In this document: positions 17,516 through 26,019 of the stretch, in pieces | How the letters are laid out: each line of letters begins with the position of its first letter | Numbering within the stretch: position 1 is the stretch's first letter | Source of the DNA: Candidatus Methanoperedenaceae archaeon | GTDB lineage: Archaea; Halobacteriota; Methanosarcinia; Methanosarcinales; Methanoperedenaceae | Direction of reading: 5' to 3' | DNA: 32,000 nt | NCBI GenBank assembly: GCA_963753595.1 | Contig: CAVWCX010000009.1 | Coordinates: 18,013-50,012 of the forward strand | Notes under the pieces: generated by a model | The model's input: only the letters and a program-made list of their open reading frames with translations | Database searches by the model: none | Told to the model about the DNA's origin: nothing | Made by a program: the position numbers and the translations under genes

Positions 17516-18943
17516 TCATGGCCGCAGGGATTTGAAATCCCTTAAATCAAAAGCCAGATAACCTTTTTCCCTGAGCTTTTCTTTGCCTTCAATACTTTTC
17601 CCGATGATCCCAAAATATTCCACTCTGTCTTTGACTTCCCACAGAACAAATTTTGATTTCTTTTTTAAGATATCCAGAATTTTCTGGGCTTCACTGGACT
17701 TTAGCTCCTGCCACTTGCACTCAATAAAAAGACTTTCCTTTGAGGTTTCATTCAGGGCAAGAAGGTCGATTTCCACTGCTTTTTTTCCATCCTCGCCAGG
17801 AAAACTGCCCCACCATCTGCCTATTTTATCAAATCTGAATGGAAGAGAGCCTGCATAATTTCGTTTTACACAAAAATCTTTTGATATGTTCTCGAAAGCT
17901 CCTCCTACAAATGCCCCATAATTCTGTGAGAATATGTTTTTTAATTCATCCTCTCTCCCCTGCTCGTAGTAGGATTCATAGCGTTTAATAAATGCGAACC
18001 AGAATCTCAGAAAATTATCATTCAATCTGTATATCCCAAGTCTCGATTTTCGGGGATCTTCAGTGATCGGTGTTTCTCTTCGAACAAGCTCATATTCATT
18101 TCGCAGGGTGTCAAGATGTCTTGAGGCTGTTCCACTTTTCCCCTCAAATATATTTGCTATTTCACCAACAGTGGTCTTGCCGGAAGCAATGGCTTCAAGT
18201 ATCGAAAAGTAGATTTTGTATTCCCCGCCGAACTCGCTTATCAAAACAGATTTTCCTTCATCTTTCAAAACAGGCATTCTCTGGTCGAAAAACATAGCAT
18301 TCATGGCATTTTCGAAATCAAGTGTTTTGAATCGGTCTATATATTCATAATATTTCGGCACGCCGCCAAAAACTGCATAGAACTTGATCATTTCCGAAAT
18401 ATCCTTAATGCCAATATCAGAAAGCATCTGCATTACCGTGCTTATGTCCAGAGGAGGAAGTTTCATCATAATATCGGCGCGACCGTATAGAGGGTAAGAA
18501 TAATCACCAAGTATTTTTTTCATCATGGAAAAACTTGAACCGCTTACCAGAACGGATACATTTTTCGCTTTATGTTTATACTCATCGATCAATTTCTGGA
18601 AATCTGAGTAGATGCTCTTTTCCATATAATAAAAATTCTGGAACTCATCAAAAAAAACATATTTTTTTGTATCAAATAGATACCTAAGCAAGTCTTGTAC
18701 ACTCGTGAACTTTGGTATTTTTTCGCTTTGCGAAAGCTCATCAAGGAATAAATCCACGGTTTTATCCTTCGGCACGAAAACATAAGCATACTCTTTACCT
18801 GCCAAGAACTCCTGGACAAGTCTGGTTTTACCAATCCTGCGCCGCCCGTAGATGACTATGAACTTAAAACCCCCGGAGGATGTGAGTTTGTCCAGGAGAG
18901 AGAGTTCTTCCAGGCGGTCGTAGAATTTGAAATCAGTATACAT
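17516..18943 (-). CDS. Archaeal AAA+ ATPase (Arch_ATPase-type P-loop) with wHTH and a C-terminal DUF234 PD-(D/E)xK-like domain
   Basis: IVIYGRRRIGKTRLV is Walker A and YVFFDEFQ is Walker B. A wHTH-like segment follows (GKTTVGEIANIFEGKSGTASRHLDTLRNEYELV). The C-terminus VEIDLLAL...LFIECKW gives a D...ExK nuclease-like motif. Confidence 0.8.
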   Translation of the reverse strand: MYTDFKFYDRLEELSLLDKLTSSGGFKFIVIYGRRRIGKTRLVQEFLAGKEYAYVFVPKDKTVDLFLDELSQSEKIPKFTSVQDLLRYLFDTKKYVFFDEFQNFYYMEKSIYSDFQKLIDEYKHKAKNVSVLVSGSSFSMMKKILGDYSYPLYGRADIMMKLPPLDISTVMQMLSDIGIKDISEMIKFYAVFGGVPKYYEYIDRFKTLDFENAMNAMFFDQRMPVLKDEGKSVLISEFGGEYKIYFSILEAIASGKTTVGEIANIFEGKSGTASRHLDTLRNEYELVRRETPITEDPRKSRLGIYRLNDNFLRFWFAFIKRYESYYEQGREDELKNIFSQNYGAFVGGAFENISKDFCVKRNYAGSLPFRFDKIGRWWGSFPGEDGKKAVEIDLLALNETSKESLFIECKWQELKSSEAQKILDILKKKSKFVLWEVKDRVEYFGIIGKSIEGKEKLREKGYLAFDLRDFKSLRP

Positions 18944-18977
18944 GGTATGTAATATACATGTTATGTATACTAATAGT

Positions 18978-20381
18978 TTATGCTACCATCGCCCTCTCCA
19001 ACCCCTCCATCGCGACCTTATTCAACCTCTCCGCAATATCTTCTGTCTTTCCTTCTGAAAAAATCCTCACCTTTGGTTCTGTACCGCTTGCCCTCACAAG
19101 GAACCAGCCGTCTGCGTAATCCACGCGCACACCATCCATATCAGAGATCCTGTCATAATCTTTTGGTATCTCGGACTTTAACCTCTCAAGTATCGCATCT
19201 GTATTCGTACCTGCGGGCAGTGTCTTTGCATCCTTTATCTGGTGATATTTAGGATAAGTTGCAACGAGTTCTGAAAAAGTCATTTTTTCCTTCGATAAGA
19301 TCCCTGCCATAACTCCGGCAAGCATCGGTCCCTCGCGGCTCCATTCGATCAGCACTGAGCCATGCTCTTCAAGGCCAACCTGCGCGCCGCATAAGAGTTT
19401 TGCCTGCGCCAGGTACGGCTCGCCAACAGGTGTAAAGATCACTTCGGCGCCAAGGCTTCCGGCGACATCTTTTATGAGATTTGAGAATGCGATCGTCACA
19501 GCGATCTTTTTATGTTTATCTTTACATTGCCTCAGTAAATGGTCGGCTAATATTGCAGCAGTTACATCTCCCTGTACGAATTTCCCATTCTCATCCACAA
19601 ATGCGGTCCTGTCGCCATCACCATCATGTGCTACTCCCATATCAGCGCCTTCCTCTACCACAAGTTTCTTGAGTTTTTCAAGATTTGCATCTGTGGGTTC
19701 AGGATTTCTTTCCCTGAACATGCCGTCATATTTACAATTGAATCTTACCACTTCAAAACCCATTGCTTCAAGCGTTTCCGGTGTCACAGTTGATGCCGAT
19801 CCACCCCCGCCATCGACCACAATTTTCATTGGCGCTACCGGGAACATTTTTTTGACATACTGGATAATATGGGCGCGATACCTGTCGCTTGCCCCTGTGT
19901 CATTCAATCGTTTCCCTTTTTTTGCATGAAGTTTTAAGTCCCCAAAATATATTTTCTCAAGAGCAAGGTCTTCTTCAGGTGAAAAACCCATGCCGATTTT
20001 ATTTAAACATTTCATGCCATTATATTCAGGAGGATTATGCGATGCCGTTATCATTACACCCGCATCAGCCTGCCTTCCCACTTCCAGGGATAGCGTGTTC
20101 GGGGTAATGATACCCAGAGTTAGCGCATTGCAACCCTGTTCAATTATCCCTTCGATGAGTGCTTCTTCAAGCATGGGTGACGAGATCCTCGGGTCTTTTC
20201 CTATTGCTATTGTTTTCCCGGCGCCCAGATAATCGGCAAGAGCCGCGCCTGTACGTTTTGCTTTTTCGTCCCCCATCCCTTCATTGACAACACCACGGAA
20301 CCCGAATGTTCCGAATAATTTCTTAAGTTTACGGATCTTTTTATATTCATCAAATTTCGAAGTAAAATTTTCGCATGACAT
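18978..20381 (-). CDS. Alpha-D-phosphohexomutase (phosphoglucosamine mutase / phosphomannomutase family)
   Basis: ITASHNPPEYNGMK is the catalytic phosphoserine loop, GVAHDGDGDR is the metal-binding loop, and RASGTEPKVR is the phosphate-binding loop. Confidence 0.9.
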   Translation of the reverse strand: MSCENFTSKFDEYKKIRKLKKLFGTFGFRGVVNEGMGDEKAKRTGAALADYLGAGKTIAIGKDPRISSPMLEEALIEGIIEQGCNALTLGIITPNTLSLEVGRQADAGVMITASHNPPEYNGMKCLNKIGMGFSPEEDLALEKIYFGDLKLHAKKGKRLNDTGASDRYRAHIIQYVKKMFPVAPMKIVVDGGGGSASTVTPETLEAMGFEVVRFNCKYDGMFRERNPEPTDANLEKLKKLVVEEGADMGVAHDGDGDRTAFVDENGKFVQGDVTAAILADHLLRQCKDKHKKIAVTIAFSNLIKDVAGSLGAEVIFTPVGEPYLAQAKLLCGAQVGLEEHGSVLIEWSREGPMLAGVMAGILSKEKMTFSELVATYPKYHQIKDAKTLPAGTNTDAILERLKSEIPKDYDRISDMDGVRVDYADGWFLVRASGTEPKVRIFSEGKTEDIAERLNKVAMEGLERAMVA

Positions 20382-20479
20382 GCATTCGAATTTGTTTTGA
20401 ATATATTAAATACTTTGATAATTTAATTAGGTAATAACTCTGGTTAGTTATTATCATAAAATACATAACAAGAATAATT

Positions 20480-21115
20480 ATGAACGAAATACAAAATAAT
20501 ATAAATAATATTAAAAAAATTATCGATTCCAATAGGGATATTTCAATTCTTGCAGTTACAAAAACAAGAACCTTGGATGAAATAAATCTTGCAATTGATG
20601 GAGGGATATTAAACATAGGCGAGAACTATGTGGAAGAGGCTTATGAAAAATATCCATATATAACTTCAGTTAATGTAAAAAAACATTTCATCGGGCATCT
20701 ACAAAGTAATAAAGCTAAAAGAGCTGTTGAAATATTTGATGTAATTCAAACCATTGATTCAATAAAACTCCTGGAAAAGATCGATAGCTTAGGCAAGAAA
20801 ATAGATGTTATGTTCCAGGTAAATACTTCTTCGGATTCTAATTATCATGGAATTTATTTTGACGAATTTGATGATTTTTACAAAAATGTCCTGGAATTAC
20901 AACTTAAAAATGTGAATATTACAGGCCTTATGACCATTGCATCAAAGGATGATCCCAGGACTTGTTTTAAAAGACTTTTTAATATTAAACAAAAAACAAA
21001 ACTTGATGTATTGTCTATGGGAATGAGTCATGATTATGAAATAGCAATTGAAGAAGGCGCGACAATGATCAGGTTAGGAACTAAAATATTTGGAAATCGA
21101 AAAATCAATAAATAA
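20480..21115 (+). CDS. yggS: YggS/PLPBP-family pyridoxal-phosphate homeostasis protein
   Basis: ILAVTKTRT carries the PLP lysine. Also GILNIGENYVEE, HFIGHLQSNKAKRAV, LSMGMSHDYEIAIEEGATMIRLGTKIFG. The gene is very AT-rich compared with its neighbours. Confidence 0.8.
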   Translation: MNEIQNNINNIKKIIDSNRDISILAVTKTRTLDEINLAIDGGILNIGENYVEEAYEKYPYITSVNVKKHFIGHLQSNKAKRAVEIFDVIQTIDSIKLLEKIDSLGKKIDVMFQVNTSSDSNYHGIYFDEFDDFYKNVLELQLKNVNITGLMTIASKDDPRTCFKRLFNIKQKTKLDVLSMGMSHDYEIAIEEGATMIRLGTKIFGNRKINK

Positions 21116-21134
21116 TGAATAAATTAGATGTTTC

Positions 21135-21198
21135 AACAATGATTTTAACAATGACTTTTAACAATGATCTTTAACAATGATTTTTAACAATGCTCTTA
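21135..21198. repeat. Five tandem 12-13-bp direct repeats, consensus AACAATGAYYTTT
   Basis: aacaatgatttt / aacaatgactttt / aacaatgatcttt / aacaatgattttt / aacaatgctctta, read directly from the sequence. The array ends 15 nt before ATG 21214. Confidence 0.9.
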
Positions 21199-21213
21199 TA
21201 ATCTTTTGAGTAT

Positions 21214-22317
21214 ATGGAGAATTTGATGGAAGAGCTCTCAACGATAATAGAAAAAGTACAGTCATCGGAGGAACTTGATTTTGATGACGGTTTGCTTCTT
21301 ATGAGATCAAGGAACCTGTCAGTTATCGGTGCACTTGCGGACAATGTCCGGAAAAAAACAGTTGGCGACCAGGTCATGTTCGTTACGAACTGCCATATTA
21401 ATTATAGTAATGTATGCAACTCAAAATGTAAATTTTGCGCATATTTCAGGGAAGAAGGGCAAAACGGGGCTTTCACACTGGGTATTGATGAGATAATGGA
21501 AAAGGCAAAAAAAGCTAAAAATAGTGGGGCAACTGAACTCCATATCGTTGGATCACTTAATCCCAAACTGCCATTTGATTACTACGAGGATATCCTTATA
21601 AATATCCATGAAAAATATCCTGCCTTTTCTTTGAAAGCATATACCGCTGTTGAGATCGCACATCTATCCCGGATATCCGGGATGACTGTAAGGGAAGTAT
21701 TATTGCGCCTTAAGAAAGCCGGGCTCACAGGTCTTCCTGGAGGCGGGGGAGAGATATTCAATGAAAAAACAAGAAAACAGGTATGTCCTGATAAAATTAG
21801 CGGCGAAAAATGGCTTGAAGTCATGGAAACTGCACACGGGCTGGGAATAAAAAGCAATGCTACGATGCTTTACGGTCATATCGAGACCCATGAGGACATT
21901 GTAGATCATATCCTGAGATTAAGGGAATTGCAGAAAAAAACACACGGGTTCCAGGCATTCATACCATTAAGATTCCATCCCGACAATACTTATCTTTCGA
22001 AAAACGGGATCGTGACAGAAGGTCCAACGGGATTTGATGACCTTAAAACGATCGCTGTAGCGCGTCTTTTATTGAATGGACATATCAATAACATAAAAAG
22101 TTACTGGGTAATGCTGGGCGAAAAAATGTCACAGATCGCCCTTTCCTATGGCGCTAACGATATCGACGGCACGGTCATGGAAGAGCGCATCACTCATGCA
22201 GCAGGAGGCGCTGCGCCTGAATATATGCCAAAGGACAGGCTCATTTATTTGATCAGGAATGCGGGGAGGATACCGGTTGAGAGGACTTCCAATTATGAAA
22301 TTATCAGGGAGTATTAG
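21214..22317 (+). CDS. Radical SAM enzyme of the MqnC/MqnE (futalosine-pathway menaquinone biosynthesis) / CofH-like family
   Basis: HINYSNVCNSKCKFCAY is the CxxxCxxC motif. Also GATELHIVGSLNP, LPGGGGEIF, TMLYGHIETHEDIVDHILRLRELQ, GANDIDGTVMEERITHAAG. I cannot separate MqnC from MqnE by eye. Confidence 0.7.
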   Translation: MENLMEELSTIIEKVQSSEELDFDDGLLLMRSRNLSVIGALADNVRKKTVGDQVMFVTNCHINYSNVCNSKCKFCAYFREEGQNGAFTLGIDEIMEKAKKAKNSGATELHIVGSLNPKLPFDYYEDILINIHEKYPAFSLKAYTAVEIAHLSRISGMTVREVLLRLKKAGLTGLPGGGGEIFNEKTRKQVCPDKISGEKWLEVMETAHGLGIKSNATMLYGHIETHEDIVDHILRLRELQKKTHGFQAFIPLRFHPDNTYLSKNGIVTEGPTGFDDLKTIAVARLLLNGHINNIKSYWVMLGEKMSQIALSYGANDIDGTVMEERITHAAGGAAPEYMPKDRLIYLIRNAGRIPVERTSNYEIIREY

Positions 22318-22362
22318 GAAATATTTACAGTCCTGTACTACAATTCGAAACCAGGGAAATAT

Positions 22363-22608
22363 ATGTTGAATGTAACCGTATATTCAAAAAAAGAATGTCA
22401 TTTATGCGAGATCGCAAAAGAGGAACTTAAGGCTATCAGGCGTGAATTTGATTTTACCACAAAGGAAGTAGATATTGAAAAAGACACAATTTCTTATGAA
22501 AAATTCAAGCACCAGATACCAGTTGTGGAAGTGGATGGGGAGATCATCTCAAGTGGAAGATTGAACGCGAAAAAATTAATAGCCTTGCTTAAGCATCAAC
22601 TTCAATGA
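22363..22608 (+). CDS. Glutaredoxin-like thioredoxin-fold protein
   Basis: 81 aa. VTVYSKKECHLCE has the CxxC motif at the end of beta-1, and IPVVEVDGE is a cis-Pro-type loop. Confidence 0.7.
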   Translation: MLNVTVYSKKECHLCEIAKEELKAIRREFDFTTKEVDIEKDTISYEKFKHQIPVVEVDGEIISSGRLNAKKLIALLKHQLQ

Positions 22609-22771
22609 ATATTGGTACAATCCCTATTATTGCACCCAGGCCAAAAAAAAACAGGGCAAAATAATAATTGCCCTTTGATACATTATCTATACTCACAGCG
22701 AGCAGTATCAGGCCAATGAATTTAGATAATGTATCTATCTTATTATGTTTTGATCTTGGTAGTTTCATCAA
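22589..22771 (-). CDS. Small two-TM membrane protein, last gene of the Rieske/cytochrome b operon
   Basis: 60-aa ORF with two hydrophobic helices. Its ATG overlaps the stop of the upstream gene (ATGA at 22768-22771), which suggests translational coupling. Confidence 0.45.
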   Translation of the reverse strand: MMKLPRSKHNKIDTLSKFIGLILLAVSIDNVSKGNYYFALFFFGLGAIIGIVPIFIEVDA

Positions 22772-23226
22772 TGGTGGACAATACTAAAGTATGTGAAATA
22801 CAGAATTCCAATGAGTGCTATAACACCCATGGCAACTGCAAATTTTCTTTTCCTGATATCACTTGACGGATTCCTGTCTATGAAGGGCACCATAAAGAGA
22901 AGACCATACCACAATACCATAGGTAAAGTAACACCGATCACTTTCGCTTCTATTGGCCCGATATTCCAGGTCCAGAATTTGAGGAATCCGAAGACATAAA
23001 GGAAATACCATTCGGGATAGATAGGAGTTGGTGTATCGAACGGATCAGCCGGTTTTAGAAGACCTGCCGGGTAAAGTGAAGCCATCAATATGAGGCTTCC
23101 TGCAATGAGGCACATCACAACTACTTCACGAAGCAGGAAATGCGGGAAAAACGGAAGTCCGCGTATCCTGACAGGTTCATGTCTTTCTTCGTCTACCTCA
23201 TGTTTTTCAATTTCGATCAATGACAT
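22768..23226 (-). CDS. Cytochrome b C-terminal domain protein (subunit IV / PetD-like)
   Basis: PEWYFLYVFGFLK is the PEWY quinol-site motif, with 3 TM helices. ATG 23226 is preceded by gggagg and lies 1 nt after the cytochrome b stop. The track start at 23268 overlaps cytochrome b by 41 nt and is less likely. Confidence 0.8.
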   Translation of the reverse strand: MSLIEIEKHEVDEERHEPVRIRGLPFFPHFLLREVVVMCLIAGSLILMASLYPAGLLKPADPFDTPTPIYPEWYFLYVFGFLKFWTWNIGPIEAKVIGVTLPMVLWYGLLFMVPFIDRNPSSDIRKRKFAVAMGVIALIGILYFTYFSIVHH

Positions 23227-23227
23227 A

Positions 23228-23890
23228 TTAGAGCCTCCCTGAAATTCCCTGTATCCTGACCATGGCAAAATGCAGTATCAGGAGAATTGCAATGGTTAAG
23301 GGTAGGATCATTACATGTATGGCAAAGAAACGTGTCATTGTCTCAGCGCCGATGTCTGTCCCTCCTACCAGTATTAAGGAAATATATTGCCCTATGACCG
23401 GTATCGATCCTGCGATCCCTGTTCCTATTTTTGTTGCCCAGAACGCAAGCTGGTCCCATGGCAGCAGGTATCCTGAAAAACCAAAAGTAGTGGTGATCAA
23501 AAGGAGTGTTACACCAACAACCCAGTTCAATTCCCGCGGTTTCTTATATGCGCCCATAAAGTAAATCCTCATCATATGAAGCATTACTGCGGCGATCATT
23601 GTGTTTGCGGCCCAGTGATGGATGCTTCGTATCAGGCTTCCCATAGGAACTGCGGTCATGATATGTTCAACGCTCTTATAGGCTTCCAGTGGTGTGGGCT
23701 TATAATACATTGCCAGGAATATGCCCGTGCCAACAAGTATCAGGAAACACAGAAAAGCAATTCCTCCAAGACAATATAACGGATTTGTTACTGCATACTC
23801 CGGGGCAGGATGCTTGATTATCGGGGTGAGTAGTTCTTTTAACTTAAACCTCTCATCGAACCATTTGAATATCTTATCTTCAAGATTCAT
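23228..23890 (-). CDS. Cytochrome b N-terminal domain protein (b6/PetB-like, split cytochrome b)
   Basis: HHWAANTMIAAVMLH gives Hx13H and HVMILPLTIAILLILH gives Hx14H. These haem-ligand pairs and their spacing are typical of b6-type cytochromes. Confidence 0.85.
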   Translation of the reverse strand: MNLEDKIFKWFDERFKLKELLTPIIKHPAPEYAVTNPLYCLGGIAFLCFLILVGTGIFLAMYYKPTPLEAYKSVEHIMTAVPMGSLIRSIHHWAANTMIAAVMLHMMRIYFMGAYKKPRELNWVVGVTLLLITTTFGFSGYLLPWDQLAFWATKIGTGIAGSIPVIGQYISLILVGGTDIGAETMTRFFAIHVMILPLTIAILLILHFAMVRIQGISGRL

Positions 23891-23899
23891 ATTATCACC

Positions 23900-24394
23900 T
23901 CACGCAGCTCCGGCATAGAATGAAATGGTCTTCACATATGCAGGATCTTTCCATTTAAGGGCATATACCGCTCCTTCTTTCACGACTACATCAATTGCCG
24001 GTAAAGGAGATGGTGGGGGTCCTGATATTACAGCGCCTGTATTCGGGTCGAACTTTCCAAGATGGCATGGGCAGAACAGAATGTTTTCATCTTCCTTCCA
24101 GTAAGCGATACATCCAAGATGTGTGCAGACAGACCCGAAAGCCCGAAAACCTGCGGGCATATGAAGGAGTACTGCTGCTTTTCCGTTAAACATAAATTTC
24201 CGGACACTTCCTGTTGGCACTTCATCTGCATTTGCGATCTTCATTTCGACGGATTCACCTTTTGCGGCAGTCGCAGGCCAGAGGTATTTCAATATTGATG
24301 CCAAGGCACCTCCTGCAAAGAATAATGCAACAAGTCCCATAAAAAGTTCAGTAAGCTTCCTTCTTGTAATTGTAAAAGTTATTTTATCACTCAT
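23900..24394 (-). CDS. Rieske [2Fe-2S] protein
   Basis: CTHLGC and CPCHLGKF are the Rieske boxes. There is an N-terminal TM anchor. Confidence 0.9.
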   Translation of the reverse strand: MSDKITFTITRRKLTELFMGLVALFFAGGALASILKYLWPATAAKGESVEMKIANADEVPTGSVRKFMFNGKAAVLLHMPAGFRAFGSVCTHLGCIAYWKEDENILFCPCHLGKFDPNTGAVISGPPPSPLPAIDVVVKEGAVYALKWKDPAYVKTISFYAGAA

Positions 24395-24398
24395 GTTC

Positions 24399-24674
24399 TC
24401 ACTCCAGCGTTGTAACGTATTCGTCTTGCAGCAAACCTTTTACATATAGATATATGATAGCTGCCAGGTCAAACAGGAGATATGCAAGTAACTTTCCTAC
24501 ATCTTCGATGAATTGTCTTGTAGATGCAACCTCTGCATCGCTTGTTAAGATCCTCCAGAAGATCAAACTTGTAATTCCGGCTGCGACAAGTGTCAATAGA
24601 ATTATCAATGCAAAAGCAACCTGTGACCAGAAACCTTCTTTTTCCGGTCCGTATTCAATTTTCTCAATATGCAT
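24399..24674 (-). CDS. Small two-TM membrane protein in the Rieske/cytochrome b operon
   Basis: 91-aa ORF with two hydrophobic helices. It is tightly packed between the monohaem cytochrome and the Rieske gene (gaps of 8 and 4 nt). Confidence 0.5.
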   Translation of the reverse strand: MHIEKIEYGPEKEGFWSQVAFALIILLTLVAAGITSLIFWRILTSDAEVASTRQFIEDVGKLLAYLLFDLAAIIYLYVKGLLQDEYVTTLE

Positions 24675-24682
24675 GATTCACC

Positions 24683-25030
24683 TCACAACCTTATTACATA
24701 AACTATGGCAAGCACAAGCAGGATAAGTGCCAGCCCTCGCAGTCCTACATCCCATGTTGTCATATGAACTCCTATCTCGATCTCTTTTTCAGGTTCAGGA
24801 GTTGGTGTTGCCTTCGGTGTTGGAACATAACCCTGGGTAGAATGATTATGGGTCACATAATAAACACCAACCTCGTTGAGTTGCGGCGGACCATCCCTTG
24901 TGTGGCAATATGGACAATTCCTGCTTTCTTTTACTGCATATTCGGGTCTTGCCGAAGTAAAATCGGGTACAAATAGCAGGAGAACTAAGGCGACTAGCAA
25001 TATGATTACATTTATTCGTTTTTTGTTCAT
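24683..25030 (-). CDS. Membrane-anchored monohaem c-type cytochrome
   Basis: Signal/anchor helix, a single CPYCH (CxxCH) motif, a Thr/Pro-rich linker (PTPKATPTPEPE) and a C-terminal TM helix. Confidence 0.65.
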   Translation of the reverse strand: MNKKRINVIILLVALVLLLFVPDFTSARPEYAVKESRNCPYCHTRDGPPQLNEVGVYYVTHNHSTQGYVPTPKATPTPEPEKEIEIGVHMTTWDVGLRGLALILLVLAIVYVIRL

Positions 25031-25044
25031 TCTGATTCACCTCT

Positions 25045-25977
25045 TTATCTTCTGCGTATCAGCAGATATATTGAAATTATTCCTGTAATGGATAATATTG
25101 TTCCAAATCCGGGAGTTGAAGGCTTTGCTTGTGGGGGTAACCCCAGGTCTGTTTGTGCTTTCCTGGCAAACATAATACCATTCTCTGTTACATTTTGAAA
25201 GTTAGGAAGGTTAAAACTATGCCAGAGTATGGGAAGATTATCCCTGATGGCCAATGCTGAGTCAAGTTCTTTCTGGGCGGCTGTGACGTCTTTTCCCTGC
25301 TGTTTTGCCTGTTTAATAGCAGCATCTGCAATCCTTATTTCGTTCTTGAGCATTTCAGCATTGTCTATTGATTTCACAGCTTCGTCAGGAATGTCAGGGG
25401 CAATTTTCATGTCAATATTATGACAGCTGCTGCACAGATCCTGGAATTCACTGGAATTCAGCACTTTGAATTCATGTGGATTATGGCATGTATCACATGT
25501 AGGGGCCTGTTTTAGCGCCTTTAATCTCTGATAATGTAAGGAATCTTTGAACTGGTTCAATTCATTTGCATGACATTTACCGCATGTTTCAGGCACATTT
25601 CTGTAAAAAACGGTACTATTTGTCTGGGAAGAGCGTGAAACTCCCGCATGCGCTGTCTCCTTAATATCAGAATCGGGGTCGCCGCCATGGCAATTGTCGC
25701 AAGTGACATTGAACAGGGCATGTTTGGAATTTGTCCATTGCTCATAATTGCTTTTTGCGATCTTATCTAGAGTGGTGGCATGACATTCAAGAGAACAGGC
25801 AACATCCCTTTGCAGATGTTTTATCCGAACCTCATTAAGTTGTTTTTCTTGCTCATTGAAAGCTGTAAGTTTTTCATGGCAATCCAGACATGAATTGTCT
25901 GCTGCTGATATTGGCACGGCTAATACTGCAAAAATAAACATGAAACCGGCTAACACAATCGTTTTTTTTGTATACAT
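25045..25977 (-). CDS. Hexahaem c-type cytochrome with PGF-CTERM sorting signal
   Basis: Signal peptide. Five CxxCH motifs (CLDCH, CDNCH, CGKCH, CDTCH, CSSCH) plus one CX3CH (CSLECH). The C-terminus PGFGTILSITGIISIYLLIRRR matches the PGF-CTERM pattern. Confidence 0.9.
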   Translation of the reverse strand: MYTKKTIVLAGFMFIFAVLAVPISAADNSCLDCHEKLTAFNEQEKQLNEVRIKHLQRDVACSLECHATTLDKIAKSNYEQWTNSKHALFNVTCDNCHGGDPDSDIKETAHAGVSRSSQTNSTVFYRNVPETCGKCHANELNQFKDSLHYQRLKALKQAPTCDTCHNPHEFKVLNSSEFQDLCSSCHNIDMKIAPDIPDEAVKSIDNAEMLKNEIRIADAAIKQAKQQGKDVTAAQKELDSALAIRDNLPILWHSFNLPNFQNVTENGIMFARKAQTDLGLPPQAKPSTPGFGTILSITGIISIYLLIRRR

Positions 25978-26019
25978 TCAATCACCTTTGTTTCTATATT
26001 TAATTTATATGATTATATA

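Noticed and set aside
19474-19929. 151-aa plus-strand ORF. Similar antisense ORFs occur at 987-1430, 2711-3022, 4021-4374, 7556-7864, 27345-27818 and 29204-29491.
   Set aside because: All lie antisense to genes with strong catalytic-motif support. They have Ser/Pro/Leu-rich low-information sequences and no recognisable motifs, so they are shadow ORFs.
21135-21198. Possible CRISPR array
   Set aside because: The units are only 12-13 bp and directly abutting, with no spacers, and there are no cas genes in the window. It is a simple tandem repeat.
23227-23268. Track start of the subunit IV-like gene, overlapping cytochrome b by 41 nt
   Set aside because: The internal ATG at 23226 has a gggagg SD and sits 1 nt after the cytochrome b stop. 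That matches the tight coupling seen through the rest of the operon.
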